A DNA stretch of 64,000 bases from positions 1,240,001 to 1,304,000 of the forward strand of contig JBLDXI010000034.1 of the NCBI GenBank assembly GCA_047495785.1, in the 5' to 3' direction. The position numbers were made by a program, and so were the translations under genes. This document shows, piece after piece, positions 50,314-62,751 of this stretch. The notes below the pieces were generated by a model, which was not told where the DNA came from, made no database searches, and was given only the letters and a program-made list of their open reading frames with translations. The DNA is from Lepidodermella squamata. Taxonomy: Eukaryota; Animalia; Gastrotricha. The number at the start of each line of letters is the position of its first letter. The stretch's first letter is position 1.

Positions 50314-52117
50314 CTAAGCATTCGGTGTTTCATTAGGTAGGGTTAAAGCTGTTGAAACTACGTTAGTCCGATACGCTCTTGAAATGCTGCGTTGCCAGCG
50401 TGAATACAAGCTTCCGATAGCGTCAAATCTTTTTTCGAGAAATGACGGCGAGAGAGATTGCAAAATAGCGGATACTAGAGATCCGGAAATGACTACGCAA
50501 ATGGAGAATTTGCGAACCCAAGCCACCTCCACAACATAAGCGCCGAGTCTCCACGTTGCAATAGCGAAGCTAGAATAGAGAGAAAATTATTAATAATAAA
50601 ACTCCTGGGAAATCGACATACGTTGACCAAAACGCGGGTAAGAAGGTGATGACGAAAATGACAAACATCAGCACAGAAACTTTCATTAGGTATATTTCTC
50701 GACGCTGCCACCGCGGAATCTCTCTCACGTGACCCGATTTTGTCGACTGCAGTGTAACGTCTTGCATGCTTTTTTGGCTTTCGTTTGCTTGCAACCTGGC
50801 GATGGATTTGAAAGCTTTCCAATAGTTGTAGGCGAGGAAAGGAATCGCAAAGCTGTAATTGGAAGCGTAATACACAACCATCAAAAACGAAGTGTCGAAA
50901 TCGTTTATGAAGTTGTAGTCCCACTGTGAGCAAAGGGCAATTGGTTTATCGCCATTCACCCCGATAACAATCAGCGTTTTTACCGTTGCCGTATTGAATG
51001 GCCAAACCAAGAAGGCCAAACTCATTAAGGTGCATAAAATCAACTGAACAACAGCTATTGCCAGAATTTTAAGAGTATTTGATTGATAGTTGATCGATTT
51101 AGAGGATAAACATAATCGCCGCTCGTAAGATATCAAAGAATCGATGTTCGTTCCGTAAATGCCGGTGACCCAGCCAATTACGAAAATACCTTTGCAGGTC
51201 CAATCAGGCCACTCCCAGCCGCCAGTTTCAACAGGCGCGACGTAATAAATGAGTAAGAACAGTGTGAAGGAGATAGAGGTTTATTACACTTTGATAGATA
51301 GAAAATTACACTTTGATGGCTGTGTAAATTACACTTTGATAAGTGGATGAATCATATTATTATCGATTTTTTTTGCTGCGCAGCTCTTCGAGAAAATACG
51401 CTAAGTCAGAGATTTCAGCTGATAGCTGATCACTCAAACAACAAGACAATACTTTGCCCCCATTACCATGCGAGCGGAGCGAGCATGTGAGCCGGCCTCG
51501 GTAGTTTTTTGTGTTGAGTCATAAGTACGGGGAGAGTTTTCGAAATAACCAAAGTTTCAAGTGATACTTTTTGATTAAGGTCCCATGCTACGATGGGTTA
51601 CGTTACTTCTTGGTCAACGATTTGCATATGCACACGTGCTTGTGTGTGCAAAAAATGCTGTGCGCGCGTGCGAATCGAAACAAAAAAACTAGCAACACGA
51701 GCTGGGAGCGATCTCTTAGCGCCAATTCAGCAGCACTGCTGATGGTTTTTCGCAATAAAAACTGTCGCGCATATGCAAATCAAAGTTATTTCTTTGCCGC
51801 ATCTCACTAAAAAAGGTGGTGAGTGCTTATTTCAAGGATAATGCATCATTGCTAGTTAGTTATTCTGCCCGTTTTTCTCTCCTGTAGTTTACTGCGATGA
51901 AGCTAGTTTTTTGGAGGGGCACCTCAGCCCCCTTGGGAAAGCTGGCTGGTAGCTTTTTGGGAGGCCTTTCACAAGGTCTTCAAAAAGCTGCCAGTTTAGT
52001 TTTCCCCAGGGGGCTGAGGTGCCCCTTTTTAAAGCTAGTTTTATCAAAGTGTAATTTTCATTTATCAAAGTCTAGGGTATGCTGCGAATATGTGAGATGG
52101 TTGCTAGCATCAAAAAC
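50314..52117 (-). pseudogene. 7TM receptor copy 5: TM2 interrupted, 5' end missing
   Basis: Coding homology at 50314-50569 and 50622-51274, resuming at 52079-52117 after an ~804-bp insert, then stopping. Confidence 0.85.
51275..52078. mobile_element. Inverted-repeat element with a probable nested rolling-circle-type (HINE-like) element at ~51462-52042
   Basis: ctttgatagatagaaaattacactttgat (left) versus atcaaagtgtaattttcatttatcaaag (right); internal GCGAGCGGAGCGAGC motif and a 140-nt hairpin ending CTAGTTTT. Confidence 0.65.
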
Positions 52118-52436
52118 ATAGTGCCGCCGGCATTGCGTTGGGACTGATTTTTAAGAAACGACCTTATTTTATTAATTAACAGGGGTTCATATCTTCGAAT
52201 TATTTATAAAACATAATTTCAAACTACGGAAAAATATAAAAAGACTTCCGTATTGGTTTTCACATCAATTTATTAATGAGAACTGGCGCGCAATCAGGTT
52301 TTTGGCTGGTGTTAGGCAGTAGTTCGTGTTGCCCGTGGGTTGGGCTCGTCAAGTTAACTTTCGGCTGTCTGGCAGTGTATTAGTGCTTATTTTAAGTTGC
52401 GGCATTGTATGTTTGATCAATTTTTGCTATTGTAGG

Positions 52437-52615
52437 CAGGGGCGTAACTAAGGGGGGGCCAGGGGGGGCACCGGCCCCACCAGCTGGAAAAATACCCTCA
52501 GGGTACCACAGGGGGGACCCTTTGGTCTGAAAAATTCGGGGCCGCAATTACGTAGAAAAGATGTGCTGGCCCCAAGGCTGGCCCCACCAGTTTGGTAGAC
52601 CTAGTTACGCCGCTG
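52437..52615. mobile_element. hAT-family MITE, 179 bp
   Basis: TIR CAGGGGCGTAACTA / TAGTTACGCCGCTG; perfect 8-bp TSD ATTGTAGG (52429-36, 52616-23). Confidence 0.92.
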
Positions 52616-55600
52616 ATTGTAGGCGGCAGTGGAGTGGTTAAGCCGCATATTTTTCAGATTTATCAGTCAGATCGGCTTGTTGCTGGCTGTTCTTCTGCAA
52701 CTCATGACTTTGAAGATGAGCAAGCGACCATGTGTCATTTTTATGTCAGAATTTGGAGTGCGTTGCTGTGATTTGTAACTAATTTGTTCTAGGACACCAC
52801 TGTTTTCATTAGATTTCGGAGATTTTGTGCGAAGTTACTCTGTTTTACATCTGAGATGCTATTGGAGTTCTCAGATTAGAGATCGAGTTGAATGGATACT
52901 CCATGTTTATGTTATTTTGTTGTGAAAAGACTAAAATTTGCTTTCTTAATTCTTTTCTATCTAAGAATTCAATCTAATTTTGCCCTAGGGTCTCTTGCTG
53001 TCTTTCTGAAACCGAAGTTACGGCGTCGATGCACTCGGACGTTGGGTGTTATGTGCATTTGATGCTGGTAGGAGTCTCGAGTGTGACATCATTGTCATCT
53101 TGAACTTCTTGATAAATGGTAATGGCGGTCCGCTAGGGTTGTAATATCTCTAGGCTTCTCACTCTAGGATCTAATGAATGATAGAAAAATGTTAGGCAAC
53201 ATGTAAAGTTTGAAATGCTTCAGGCTGTTGCTGTTTGGGCTTTTGTGAGCTAGCGTGTTTGAATGCAAGGCGAGTGTGGATCAGGGTGGCGCTGCGTAAA
53301 CACTCTGATTTAAGTTTGCACATTTAAGGTGACTAATAACTAGTAAGAATCCGACTTTAGGCCTTTCATTTTAAGTCAACTGAACTTTCATTAGTTTCGG
53401 TCATTAGCCAGATTATTTCCGAGTTGCTTATCTGGCAGCGCTAACGATATCCATCAAAACTCACACTAGCTAATCACGAGTTGCGGATGGGCAGCTAAAT
53501 AACTAACGCTTGAAGCCAACAAAGGAATGAAGAATTGGATGCTATAACCAAGACTTGTTAAGAAATTTCACGATGAATTTGTTTCATTTTGACTTCCGCC
53601 TTGCTTTGAAATGTATGATGATTATTTACGAAATTCAGTCGTGAGGTTAAATTGCGTTAATGTCTCATGTATGTGTAGAGTGGTAATTTCCATTTTTTTC
53701 TTAGAATTTATCGATCAAACTTAAAATGGCTAGTCAAAAGGAGAATACGATGCGCCCGATACGATCTATACCTTAAGCAGTCGGCCCTTCAGGCGCTTGA
53801 CTCGCGGCAGACTAAATCAAAGCAAGAGAAACCAAACCGAAGATACTGGATGTGTTATTCAGCCACGACCACAAATGGTACTTTTAATGTTGAATTTCTT
53901 GAAAAATTGGAATTATTTTCAAGGGATCGGAGAACTCTTCTAGAAGATAGTTACGAAAATAACTCTATCGTGGATCTATATGAGCCAAAGTAAAATGGTT
54001 GAATCCAGGAGCGTGGTATGTTAACATTTCAACTGTTGTTCAGCCGCAATATTATTATTCTGATTATTTTCTCAGGTAGTCTGAGATTACTGAGACAGTT
54101 TTGGTATCGATTTCGGCTCTGTCGAAAATAAATTGGCGCAAGAGAAATATCGTCAATAATCGAGCTAAAATTCAACGTTGTCTTTGTTTGAAAATCGCAG
54201 TTCAATTGTTACTTATTGAATTTCTAAATAATTTTTCGAGGTAAAAATGCCAATAAAATGTCGAAACCAAAAGTGTAATTTTTCTGTGAAAATCTGTTGA
54301 AATCCATCTTAATTATCGATCGAATGGCTGTTGCTGATGACGAAGGATGGCCCACTGCTCTATATCTGACAGGTTTTCATTCATGCAGAGATTGAAGCAG
54401 AAGCTACAAATGGCGAAAATATTTCATAACCACCAATAAAAAAGCCGGCCTTGGGACCGGTTCCGGGAAAAAACCGCGGAAGGCCTTTACAATGCTAGCA
54501 TTGCCCTCAGGATTATATACACGAATTAGCACGCAAATAAGAAATATTGCGAACATTTTCAAGCCCGCTATCTAAGGCGAAACTGTTAGAGCGAGAAGAA
54601 AGCCAGCAAATAAATTATATAGTTTTTCGCATATTTCTTCGCAGCCGAAATTTTAACCTGAGCAGCACAACTACAGCGTGTCCCATAAGTAAGGCACGCA
54701 AAGAAAATACACGGAAAAGGGCTCAGAAATTTAAAATGCGAGGCGAAGTCACGCCTCGTGGCCAGAAAATTTTTAGAAAATTTCAAAATATCACACGTAA
54801 TCAATTTTGCGTCACTCTAAGTGAGATTAAAAATTCCGGAGAAATTTGGCCCAACCCGGTAAAATACCGAAAATTACCGAACCAGTTACCATCGGGATTT
54901 TCCGGGATTTCTCCGGTAAATCTTTAATTTCTTCTGTTAAATCGCCGATAAAAGATGGAAATTCTCTCTGTAGGTTTAATTTAATAAAAGTAATGAATTT
55001 CCTACTAAAAGTTACCAAATTAAAGAATAGTTGCACAAATTCTGGGACACTCTGTATTTATCCACCTTAATATCGATTTCGTCGCCATAAAACATCATGA
55101 AATTGATATTTTCAAGCTTTCCTTGGCTAATACAGGTTTTGATTTCAAATCGGCCGCCTCAGGGCGGAAAAGTGAGCCGCATGATGAGACATGCGCTGAG
55201 CTAAAAATTAGGTAAAAAACAGCGACTGGTCGAGGGTCGAGGGTCGAGATCATGATTCACCGTTTCACACCGTTCCCATAATATGGAGGTACAGCCATTG
55301 GCCGTGGCCCGTAATTTTGGGTTGGCGGAGTCTGGCGAAATTAATTTCAAAATTGATCAGAAAATGTTCTTCTTCTTCTGGCTGTAGGTCATAGTCAAAA
55401 AAGCCGAAATAGCAACAATAAATCTGAAAAATTTGTTACCACGAAGCTGCAATTGAACGCTGATGCCTTCACTTGAGCGGCGTAAATATACATATTTAAA
55501 CATATTTCCAGAGGTATTGTGTCTACTTAATTTTGGTACCGTTAACACTGAAAATTGAGTTTCGGCAGCTAAAAATATAGAGCTATAGAAAAAGGTTGTA

Positions 55601-58600
55601 TCTATTCAGACCCCCATCGGAATTCACTAAATTTCAAACGCTTTGAATTTTTTGTTGAATTTAGGGTTATGAAGATTTCGAAAATTTAGGGAAAAATCGC
55701 ATGGAACCGTGAAAAATGCAGCGTGGCATTGCGGGACTTCCCATAGATATATCAAAAAAGGAAAAAATCTATTGAAACTACCCACACGTCGGCGGATGAA
55801 GGATTGCCTAATAAATGGTAAGAGCTGACTTTTCACCTGAGTGGAAAGAAATTGAGGTTTTAAAATACGTGTAGTCCCAGTCTTTAAATTTCGCGTCAGA
55901 ATCTCACTCAGAAAAATCAGCACTGTTTGTGTGACAAGCTGGCATTTACTGTCTTTGAGTTTAATTCAAAGCGATTAAGAGTCACGTGCCTAGTGTGGCT
56001 GTATTAATGACGCAACAATGAAGGCAGGAGCCCTTCTAAACGGGGGGTCGTGATTTTTTTTGGACTTTTGCTTAAATAGAGGTGATTTTCTCGGTCAGTT
56101 TGTAAAATTTTCGAATTTTGAACATATCCTAAGATTCCTCTGCTCTTACATTATAATATCACTTAGAAATAGCTTTAGAATGAATTTTACCATTAAAATG
56201 CTGGCGGAAATACCTGTTATATATGCCCATTTTGAGGATTGTTCTGGTTGCTTGTTGACCATTGTTAAGCGATTTTAGGCGATTTTAACCGGATTTTCGA
56301 GCCATATATGGCTGCTAGCAGTCGTAGCAACCAGATTGTCGAGAAAAAACGGTTGCCGAAGCATTAAAACTGGCAGAAATCTACCTTTTAGGTAAGTGAA
56401 AAAGCAATAAAAACTGCCTTTTTCACGCACAAATTTTCAATCTGTGCGCTGCCCATGTGTTTTTTTAATAATCGATGAGTGAGAATTTTGCACAATGCTA
56501 TTTTGCGAGAAGTATTGTGCGAAGCAAATTTTGTCAATTTTTCTGATTTTAGATTTTGGAACATAGAATTTTGTATCAAATGCCTATGGCTTCGAAAAAT
56601 TATACCCCATATTTTCACTAGGGTAACTTTACAAAATTCATACAGCAGGCAATCTACATTCCGATAAATATTCCTGGGTATTCCAATCTATGGTCGCTTA
56701 ATTGAAAATTTCAATTCGAATTTTGAATTAATTAATTTATGATTTATTTTTATGAAATTTTTGTCCACCCTTTCGGTTTATTTTTCGCAATTAATTTAGA
56801 CTTTTGAAGCTGTTCAGAATTGATTGCTAGCGACGCCCGAAATTTTAGGGGGTCACATAAACTATTATTATTATTTTTATTAGCACTGAATTTATCAGTT
56901 TCGTCTTTATTGCGGTATTCGTCTGACCGCAGTGGCTATGGCATCTGGCTATATGGCATCTGGCTATGGCATATGAAGTTTAGATGTAGATATCGTGACA
57001 GTTTTATACACTTGCCAATACCGGGACTTGAAGCTGAAAATTCCTGCTAATATCCGGAATGAATCGGTACAATTTTAACCCCTTTAGTTAGGCCTATAAA
57101 TTATTTTTCTATTTTATGGCGATTTTTTCAAAAAAATTTAAACGGACATGGTATATTGCTTCAGCCTCCGATAGTTGCATTGCTTCGAGGTTTCACGTAA
57201 AATTAATTGCCGTTCACGCTTGCAGCTTGAATTTTTCCATGCTATTTTAGCAGCAATATTTTTAAAAATTTTCTAAATTTGCCTTCCATTTTTTCTACGT
57301 GGCTTTGCTGACGTTTTTGATCTTTCAAACTTCATGTCATAGCTCATTCTATTTAATCCATGGATAATTTCTGCTGCCAGCCGCCGCAGCTGACCAGGTC
57401 ATTCGATGAGGCCCGTGACCTAATTATGCCGCCATCGAAGGTGTAATAATCCGCGCGCTCGTTTTATTACTGCTGTTTTATTACTAATCAGGTCATGATG
57501 AGTGTGTGCGTGTTTATAGAAAGAACCGATTTTCCTCTGTCGACCTCATGCTTTACAATTTTAGCATCCGGAGATTTCCATTCAAATATTGAATATTTAT
57601 AATATTTTTGGAGTTTGTTATTCCGGACCACCAGACTAGAATTTAATTATTATTGCCAAGCTTTTTTTTTATTCACCCTCACCGGTGGCTTCTCCAATTT
57701 TCGGCGTTATTTGTCTTTCATCGGTCTGCTTGCCTGGCTCCTCCCCCTCACTACATGGTACGTTTTACCTTCTATTTCTACAGGCTTGAGATGGCGGGAT
57801 GAATCAAATCAAATCATTACCCATTTTGTTGAGTGACAAAATTTCCGAGCTATTTTTTTCCCAAAAATTGAGGCCAATATTGAGGCATTTTCGCACGGAC
57901 AACGATTAGTCAAATTCGTTAATTCTTCTTCTGCAATTACCGGTGCACCCGATGGAGCCCGTTTACTCACTTCTTTCGCGATAGCTAAATAAGGTGAACA
58001 GATTTACTTTGCATTACTGAACAAGGTTTCACCGCTTCTTCGTTTTTTTACCAATTTACCAATTTCCCATCTAATTTGTATTTATGTTCGTAATTCTATC
58101 ACTTTGAGGAGTATTCAGCCTATTGAATAGCCATTATGGAACTGATATCCGGAAATTAGCCTGAGCGTTGTGTCATTCATGCGCCGATGATCACCTGCTT
58201 TTTATTTTTTTATTTTTATTTTCTTGTATTTTTCTCTCGCAATTTTTTGTTCTCGGACCGCTCGCGTATTTTTAGCGCGATGAAAATAAAAATAACTTTG
58301 ATGTCTCGGAGATGGCGCAAGATCAGATTGTTCTCGATTTAGTGTCATAAAACCCCTGTTATTCAACAGAGGACAGCGTTCCATATATAAGCGATTTTAT
58401 TCCTTCATTTCTCCATTCTCCATTATTTTCTATTTATTTCTCGAAATCATTAGGCAGCTTTTAATGCATCAAAGCCTCTACGCTCACCTCTTCGCTGCGA
58501 TTGGTACCTAATGCGGGTAACTTTTACCCATTCAGATAACCCACCTCAAGGAATTATTTTTAACTGCCGTTAATGCTTCTGCTCTAACCAGTGGCTCATC

Positions 58601-60539
58601 AACTTCGCCTCGCCGCGACGTCGAATTGCTCGGATTGCATTCTTGGATAATTCCAGCTAAATGCTAAATCATGTTCAATTTTGGAATATTTTTGATTTGA
58701 TATCAGTTCAGACATCTGGCTTGTGTTAGAAATGAAATATTTGTGTGGCATAGTCAATAAAATATTGCCCCATCAGTGGGCTTTCAAAGGCTTATGACTT
58801 TTATTCCTGCAAACAATATGGATGATACTTAAATTCTCGGAGCAGGTACATTTAATTTGCACGATTCGGAGCAGGTAAATTTAATCGAATCCGAAGTAAG
58901 CCACTAATTTTGAACGCCAACATTCCGCATAACACGATCTAGCATTTCAAGATTCACCCATGAAATTTCCTCGAATTTGTAGAGCAAATAATTTACGAGG
59001 GCGAAATCTGAGAGCACTTTTCAGTTGACCTACCGTTTGAACAATTCAAGAGAAATTTTGCCTCGTCTTGCAGTTTCGCATTGCGAATCAGTGAAGCTGT
59101 TTCTTATTCAAAAAGTAGGAAAATTTCATTCGTTCTCGTCATGCTCAATCTAAGAAAAATTATAATTAAATCCAGGTTATGCCTAGGAATATTCGCGAAT
59201 ATATTGCTCCTGAGCTTTCCCGATCGGTTATCACCATTTTAATCATAAATTCACAAATATCTCGTAACAAATAATATAGGCTTGTTCAATGGACATTGAT
59301 TTCGGTTTGAAAGGCGTAAAAGATGTTGAAGAAGTGAAATACGGCGTATTAAAAAAATGAGAAATTTAGCGATTTTGGCTCAATGGCTTGAATGAAACAG
59401 GATAGATGGGCTGTCCGTAACTAATCTGAATATAATCTGAGTTAGTGGAAAAATAGGGAATATTTCAGATTTCGTATAAATTTGGCTCAGTATTTTCATT
59501 TTTCCGTTTTCCAGGCCGTTAACGAGTCAGAAAAAAATTAGTTCAAAGCAGGAGTTTTTGTAACTCCATGGTAATTCAGCTATAATATTTAGTTCAATCA
59601 TCCTGGGATATTCGATTACATTCGATTCATATTTTCTAACGTATTGATATTTTTTATTTTTATTAGATTCTTGAATTTGACGACCCTTCATTCCGTCATT
59701 CGGCTGTTTTTGAGGAGCTGCGGTTTTCATGCACCCATCGCCTTGATGGAGTGATCATCACTCCGAAAATCTGCATGACTCATGAAATATTATGCATTCA
59801 AATTCCTGCTGAAAAATTTCAAATCGAACGGCTGGTAACACGGAGGCTACAACGCCGTGCAGCTGTTAAACTCAACTCGTTGTAATCGCGTGCTTTCGAC
59901 TGTTGTGATCTCATTCTCGAAAAAACGCCAGCCTGCCGATCGAACGCTATTTTCCCGTTGTTTTCTCAGATCGGTCGCTCTCTCGCATCTCATGATCGCT
60001 GGAAACAGAGGAATTCTTCTGGGTTTCTCGAACTGATTCAGCTCAGAATGCAGCGATCAAATGCCGAATCACTCCTGGAACCATTCAAAAAGGTTAGAAA
60101 ATTACTTTCCACTATAGGTAAATTTTTTTAAAGAAATTCGAGGGTTCGAGGTTTAAGTGAAGGTGTTTTATCGAAAATCGAGAACATGAACCGCATATTT
60201 CACCTAGCCTTGCAGTTCAAAGTATTGAAGTTAAGCGACTCTTGATTGGAAATCAGAAAAAGGGTGGCGTATCAATGCTTTTTTGGAGCCATTTTTCATC
60301 GTGAAATGCCCCCTCAAAAATTATGTTCACACCTGGGGCGGATTTTACCCACTAACCGGCCCTCGTTCTTGAAGCATCATCTCGCACGAGCGTATAATTG
60401 AAAAAGTAGTAAAATCACCATGCAAATTGAAATTCCAAATTTAAAGGTCGAGAATTGTTCTCTGAGGTCGAGAATTTTTCAAATTATTATAGAAAAAGGT
60501 TGGCTCAAAAAAACTCAGTGTCGAAATCAGAGTTGTCCC

Positions 60540-60698
60540 CGGGTCGGATCTAAGCCGGGTAAGGGTCTTCAGAGGCACACATCCTAGCGGGTGGCCGCCA
60601 AGCTGTGGAACAGTTTGCATTGCTTACTGCTAAGATCTCATCCATGTGTGTGACCAAGGCATGGCCGACAGCCACTTGGGCAGGAAATAATAATAATA
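60540..60698 (+). mobile_element. 3' fragment of a non-LTR retrotransposon (CR1/L2-like)
   Basis: RVAAKLWNSL resembles the ORF2 C-terminal RxxxxWNxL motif, followed by a short UTR and (AAT)n tail. Confidence 0.5.
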
Positions 60699-62169
60699 GC
60701 AGTTGTAGGCAGAGAGCGTTACTAATAAAATTAGTAGACGTAGGCAGGGAGTGTATGAATGTCCTTATTGTCGTGGCCGTGCTGAAGGCGGCACTAGATA
60801 CAGCCCATTCAGGATTTCCCTGCCAGTGAGGGCTGCGATCATCAGCCGGTCAAGCGGTACCACCACGTCAAGGTTCCAGTGCAAAGGTCCGCATTTTTTC
60901 CTGATTTTCGCGTATTCAAAAACTTTCAAAACTGGAAATATGGGTTTAACCTTTTTCATCTAACCGGGTTATCAAATCTTAGTTTTCATCGAAATGAGTT
61001 TTGATATCTTTATTCATCAACCCAGACTGGAAAACACAGAGTGATTGAACTGCTGTCATCGAAACTCTCTCGATAAGCCATTTGAGATAGGCAAGTTGGG
61101 GGTGGAACTTGACAGTAACATCCCAGGACATTGAGATGACAATATTTTCGATGAATAATTCCAACTTTAAAGCGAAAGGAAGAGGATTTTCAGCTGAGTT
61201 ATTGAAGGCTCGAATTCCTGGTTAGATGGAAAATATATTTTCCGAATTACACGAATATTTCCTTAATTATAAATTTTCAGGACAAAATTATGGTTAGATG
61301 AAAAAAGACAGCCGAAAGATACGTGTAAAAAATTTCAGGTGCCGTAATTGTGAAAAACATTTTTTCCACGTCTACGAGCGACCCCAGCAAAAGAGTTAAA
61401 ATATAATGATGCGTGAAAAATGCCAGGTGCCGTAATTTAAGAGGAAAGTTTCCACGTTCACTAGGGACTCCAGCGTCGCCGATTTTAGCTTGAAAAATAT
61501 AATAAAATTTTGAAAAAATGGGCGCTGCTCTGTCCGGAAATTCATCCGTATTTTATACCGGATTCCATCGACACTTTGACGCTTTTTGAAATCGCTGTAT
61601 AAAACAGTGATTTTCTAAATTTCGGACCGGTAACCTCGTGATTAATAAGACCCGGAGCTGCATCTAGCATGGATCTAGCATGGATCTCGGTGACCAGGGA
61701 TATCAAGTAAATCCGATGAAGATATTGATTCGGCAAAGGGTCATATGGTTTTAAAATATTTTTGAGCTCGAAAAACCGTTCGAAGTCAGGCATTCGAACA
61801 TTGGTTCCTATTTTACGTCAAATGACATCATTTTGAAGTCCAGAATCTGCCAACTAGTGGGTTCCCTGAAAATGCTTGAGCCTGGAATGGATTAGAACCA
61901 CACATCGATTTAAACGAACTGAGTGTTCAGGTTCCTGGGCTTAGCGATTGAGCAGAGATGAGTTTGAACTTGGGCCAATTCGATATCTATTATTCCAAGC
62001 CACATATCAGGTTTCCCGATAAAATGAGACTAGTGTCTGCAAATCTTTTGTTTGCATTTTCCGCTTCGAAGAAATATTATGTAATATTTGAAATTATTGA
62101 AAAATTCCTAAAAAAAATTCGAGATTGAATTATTTTCAAATTTTGAATTATCATTCCATTTTATTTTAG

Positions 62170-62295
62170 CGCCGTTGACGGATTGCGGCCCTGTGCCCGA
62201 AATCGACTGGGCGCGAACCCGGTGCGCGTCAGCTACGAGTGCGAGTCCGACTTCACGCTCGAAGGCTCGTCGACGATCATCTGCCAGGAGGGCAA
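62170..62295 (+). pseudogene. Isolated sushi/CCP-domain exon
   Basis: ttattttag| ... |gtgagt; DCGPVPEIDWA in one frame and VRVSYECESDFTLEGSSTIICQEGK in another; GC-rich island in AT-rich DNA. Confidence 0.7.
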
Positions 62296-62321
62296 GTGAG
62301 TAGTAAGGATGGGAACTTTGG

Positions 62322-62486
62322 ATCAGTAATAGCAGTACGGCGATTTTTACTATAGCCGTTTGGTATAAATATACGCAATTTGCGATCAGTAATGGCAGTA
62401 CGGCGATTTTTACTATACCCGTTTGGTATAAATATACGCAATTTGGGGATGAGTAATAGCAGTACGGCGATTTGTACTATAGCCGC
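62322..62486 (+). repeat. ~63-bp tandem repeat, ~2.6 units
   Basis: gatcagtaatagcagtacggcgatttttactatagccgtttggtataaatatacgcaattt repeated head to tail. Confidence 0.9.
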
Positions 62487-62751
62487 TTCTTGTCAATATA
62501 CCTTCGTTTTAACCCACTGCTATGATTTCACCTAACTAAAATAAACAAATCTTCGTTTTTTCACCTGTTATGAGCTAAACTAATCATTTTTACACTGCTT
62601 CTTTAGTGCAGCTGCAATAGAGCCCTTTTTCATTCACACAAACACTTTTTATTAGTCTTAACGTTTCAAGCAATGAATTTATAGCTGGGATAAGTCTTAT
62701 CAGTTTTTCTATTCATTTGTTCAGAGATTTGTAGCGGCTTGATTGGAGGGG

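Noticed and set aside
52700-53200. LINE ORF1-like remnant on the minus strand
   Set aside because: Only a faint GVSIQLDL resemblance amid many stops; not supportable.
62322-62486. CRISPR-like repeat array
   Set aside because: Head-to-tail units without unique spacers, no cas genes, spliced eukaryotic context.
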